DNA of 63,838 nt, the filler included, from Basidiobolus ranarum (Eukaryota): assembly GCA_040143965.1 (NCBI GenBank). It is 17 parts of 17 records of this genome, joined end to end, with 100 filler letters (N's around TTAATTAATTAA, not from the genome) between each part and the next. Parts side by side here need not be neighbours in the genome. Positions count along the whole stretch, not along the records: positions 60,187 to 63,838 come from JASJQH010002354.1; 16 more parts are not named here. One strand, given 5' to 3'. Below are positions 61,441 through 63,838 of the stretch, in pieces (position 1 is the stretch's first letter; each line of letters opens with the position of its first letter). The notes under the pieces were generated by a model that did not search any database, was not told the DNA's origin, and saw nothing but the letters and a program-made list of their open reading frames with translations. The position numbers were made by a program, and so were the translations under genes.

Positions 61441-63838
61441 GTCAAAATTAGATGCATAGCAACTGATTATCTAGTAGTTATAGTATTCATAATCTGATCA
61501 TTTAGCACTCAATTCTGACATTCATAAACATGTGTTTATACCACTAATTGTCAGAAACATCAATTAGAACACTTTTACTAACTTTCACTATTTTCTCCAA
61601 CCTTCTACATATCATCTCAAATTTGGACCCATGCTTAACAGGAGCATCTACTATAATCTAAGCATGCCCAATTTCATAGTAAACTATAAATAAGACATAC
61701 TCAAGTCAATAAAACTCAAGTGTTTCAATCTCAAACTTTTACCAATTTTTACTATTTTCTCAAAACTCCTCCAAGTCACCTGAAATTTGCACTTGTGCCT
61801 AACAGGCATGTTGGTTATGATTTAAGCTCATCCAATAGTCCTATTTCATAGTAAACTATAAATAGGACATATTCAGTTTCAATAAAACTCAATTATCTAA
61901 TTCACATATCCAAATTTTGTCCAAAACACTTCTAAATCCCCTAAGCACTTTTATCAAGTTGTGAGCCCTAAGCTAGCTGTTAAAGGAATGTCCACCAGTA
62001 CTATGATCAATAATTTTGCATCCACAGAGATGTTTCATGGTTAAGACTTTCACGTGTAGAAGTTCAAAATGCCAATGGTGCTAAAAGACAAGGACCTTTT
62101 GGGGCTTGTTACAGGAGAAGAAATAGAGCCAAAGGGACCACCTGAAGCTAGCCTTGCCTTTGACAAGAAGCAGAGGAAAGTACTCTCTAGACTTTGTCTA
62201 CACCTCAGACACTCTCATTTAAGACATGTACAATTAGCAAAAAACATCCAAACTGCTTGGGAAATACTTGAAGGACTATATGAGACTAAATGTTTAGCAA
62301 ACAGGCTATATGTTAGGTTAAATTATTTACTATTTAGATGAATTCTGATGATCCTATGCTGGATTATATAAATTAGATGAAAACAATTGCAGATCAGCTC
62401 TCATCCATTGGAGCACCTCTAAATGTAGATGACTTAGTCATGGCACTTCTTGTGAGTCTTCCAGACAGGTTTGGGAACCTCATAATTGCCCTAGAATCAA
62501 GATCAAGGCCTTTAACAATGGAATATGTTGGTGCTAGGCTTTTGAATGAGGAACTGAAGAGATCTATTACTCAGTAAAAAGATGCAAATTAAGCATTTTT
62601 TGGAATGGTAAACATCAAACAGGCTTTGACAATGGTGCCCCTGATAGGAAATCAATCATCTGCAAGTATTGTTGAAATTAGATAAATAGCAAATCAACAT
62701 TAAGTAGTTAGTTTATTCATATTATGATTATCTAGCACCCATTTCTGCTATTCAAAAAAGTGTTCATTGCTCTTATTGACAGAAATATCAATTAAGATCA
62801 CTTTTACCAATTTTCACTATTTTCTCAAAACTTCTCCAAATCACCAGGTATTTTCACCCATGCTTAACAAGCATGTATGTTATGATGTAAGCATGCCCAA
62901 TAGTTCTATTTCATAGTAAGCTATAAATAGGACATATTCAATTTAAATAAAGCTTAAGTGTCTGACTTACAAATCCAAATCTTGTCCAAAATACTTCCAT
63001 ATCCCCTAAACACTTTATCAAGTATTGCAAAAGACCAGGCCATTTAGTCAAAGATGGCAGAATAAGGATTTTTGCAAAAATGCAAAAATTGGAGCAATCA
63101 AATCAAGTAGGCACCAATAGAGGTCAGTTATTTGTGTCAGCCCTTTCAGTAACAACTAAAAAAGACTCATAAATTGTTGAAATGATGTAAATAGCAACTC
63201 ATTATTTAGTAGTTAGTTTATCCATATTCTGATTATTTAGCACTCAATTCTGGCATTAAAAAAGTGTGCTTATTGCTCTAATTGATAGAAATATCAATTA
63301 GATCACTTTTACCAATTTTCACTTTTTTCTCAAAACTTCTCCAAATCACCTCAAATTTTCACCTATGCTTAACAGGCATGCTTTTATGATCTAAGCATGT
63401 CCAATAGACCTATTTCAGAGTAAGCTATAAATAGGACATATTCAATTCAATAAACTTAAGCATCTAATTCACAAATCCAAATCTTGTCCAAAACACTTCC
63501 ATATCCCCTAAACACTTTTATTAGGTTATGAGCCCCAAGCTCACTGTTAAAGGAAAGTCTACCAGTGCTATTACCAATGTTTTTGCATCCACAGAAAAGT
63601 TTGATGGTGAAGACTTTCACCTTTGGAAGTTCAAGATGCAAATGGTGATAGAAGACAAGGACCTTTGGGAATTTGTTACAGGAGAAGAAATAGAGCTAAA
63701 GGACCACCAGAAGCTATCCTTGCCTTTCACAAGAAGCAGATGAAAGCACTCTCTACACTTTGTCTACAACCCAGAGATTCTCAATGGAGGCACATACAAT
63801 CAGCCAAAAACATCCAAAATGCTTCGGAAACAATTGAG
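61440..63838 (+). mobile_element. Nested copia family A cluster: LTR(s) 61440-61956 with gag, solo LTR 62670-63020 (TSD AGTAT) in the zinc knuckle, and a second element LTR 63175-63523 with PBS and gag
   Basis: Gag motifs occur at 62069, 62377 and 63528. ICKY|[LTR]|YCKRPGH is split by the insertion. The last junction reads TTTTATTA|GGTTATGAGCCCC. Confidence 0.92.

Overview
This is eukaryotic, almost certainly fungal, DNA. It is not one contiguous locus: 17 separate ~3.65-3.67 kb contigs, sorted by decreasing length, are joined by artificial 100-bp N/TTAATTAATTAA linkers, so gene neighbourhoods only hold within a contig. Short GT-AG introns (57-89 nt), PRM1, a group III histidine kinase and a 5.8S/ITS2 fragment suggest an early-diverging fungus; Basidiobolus-like is a guess, not a demonstration. 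Roughly half the window is decayed, CpG-depleted mobile DNA: Ty1/copia elements with half-tRNA(iMet) primer sites, at least five LTR families with nested insertions and target-site duplications, a multi-copy CACTA/EnSpm-like transposon, and a Harbinger-like remnant. Host genes are a SAM methyltransferase, a GH20 hexosaminidase (5' part), NMT1 with an in-frame stop, an EBP sterol isomerase, three tandem secreted 8-Cys proteins, a NIK1-type kinase (5' part), a GLUD-type glutamate dehydrogenase C-terminus, an ABCB/MDR transporter (5' part), a BAHD-type acyltransferase, PRM1 and an ankyrin C-terminus. The three most interesting signals are: (1) the tandem secreted 8-Cys genes whose promoters are packed with ATCWGATAA, the SreA-type iron-repression site, giving a candidate new iron/heme-capture protein family; (2) a six-copy CCG-N5-CCG plus GTAAATA motif array upstream of the MDR pump; (3) a giant-virus-like D5 primase-helicase remnant.
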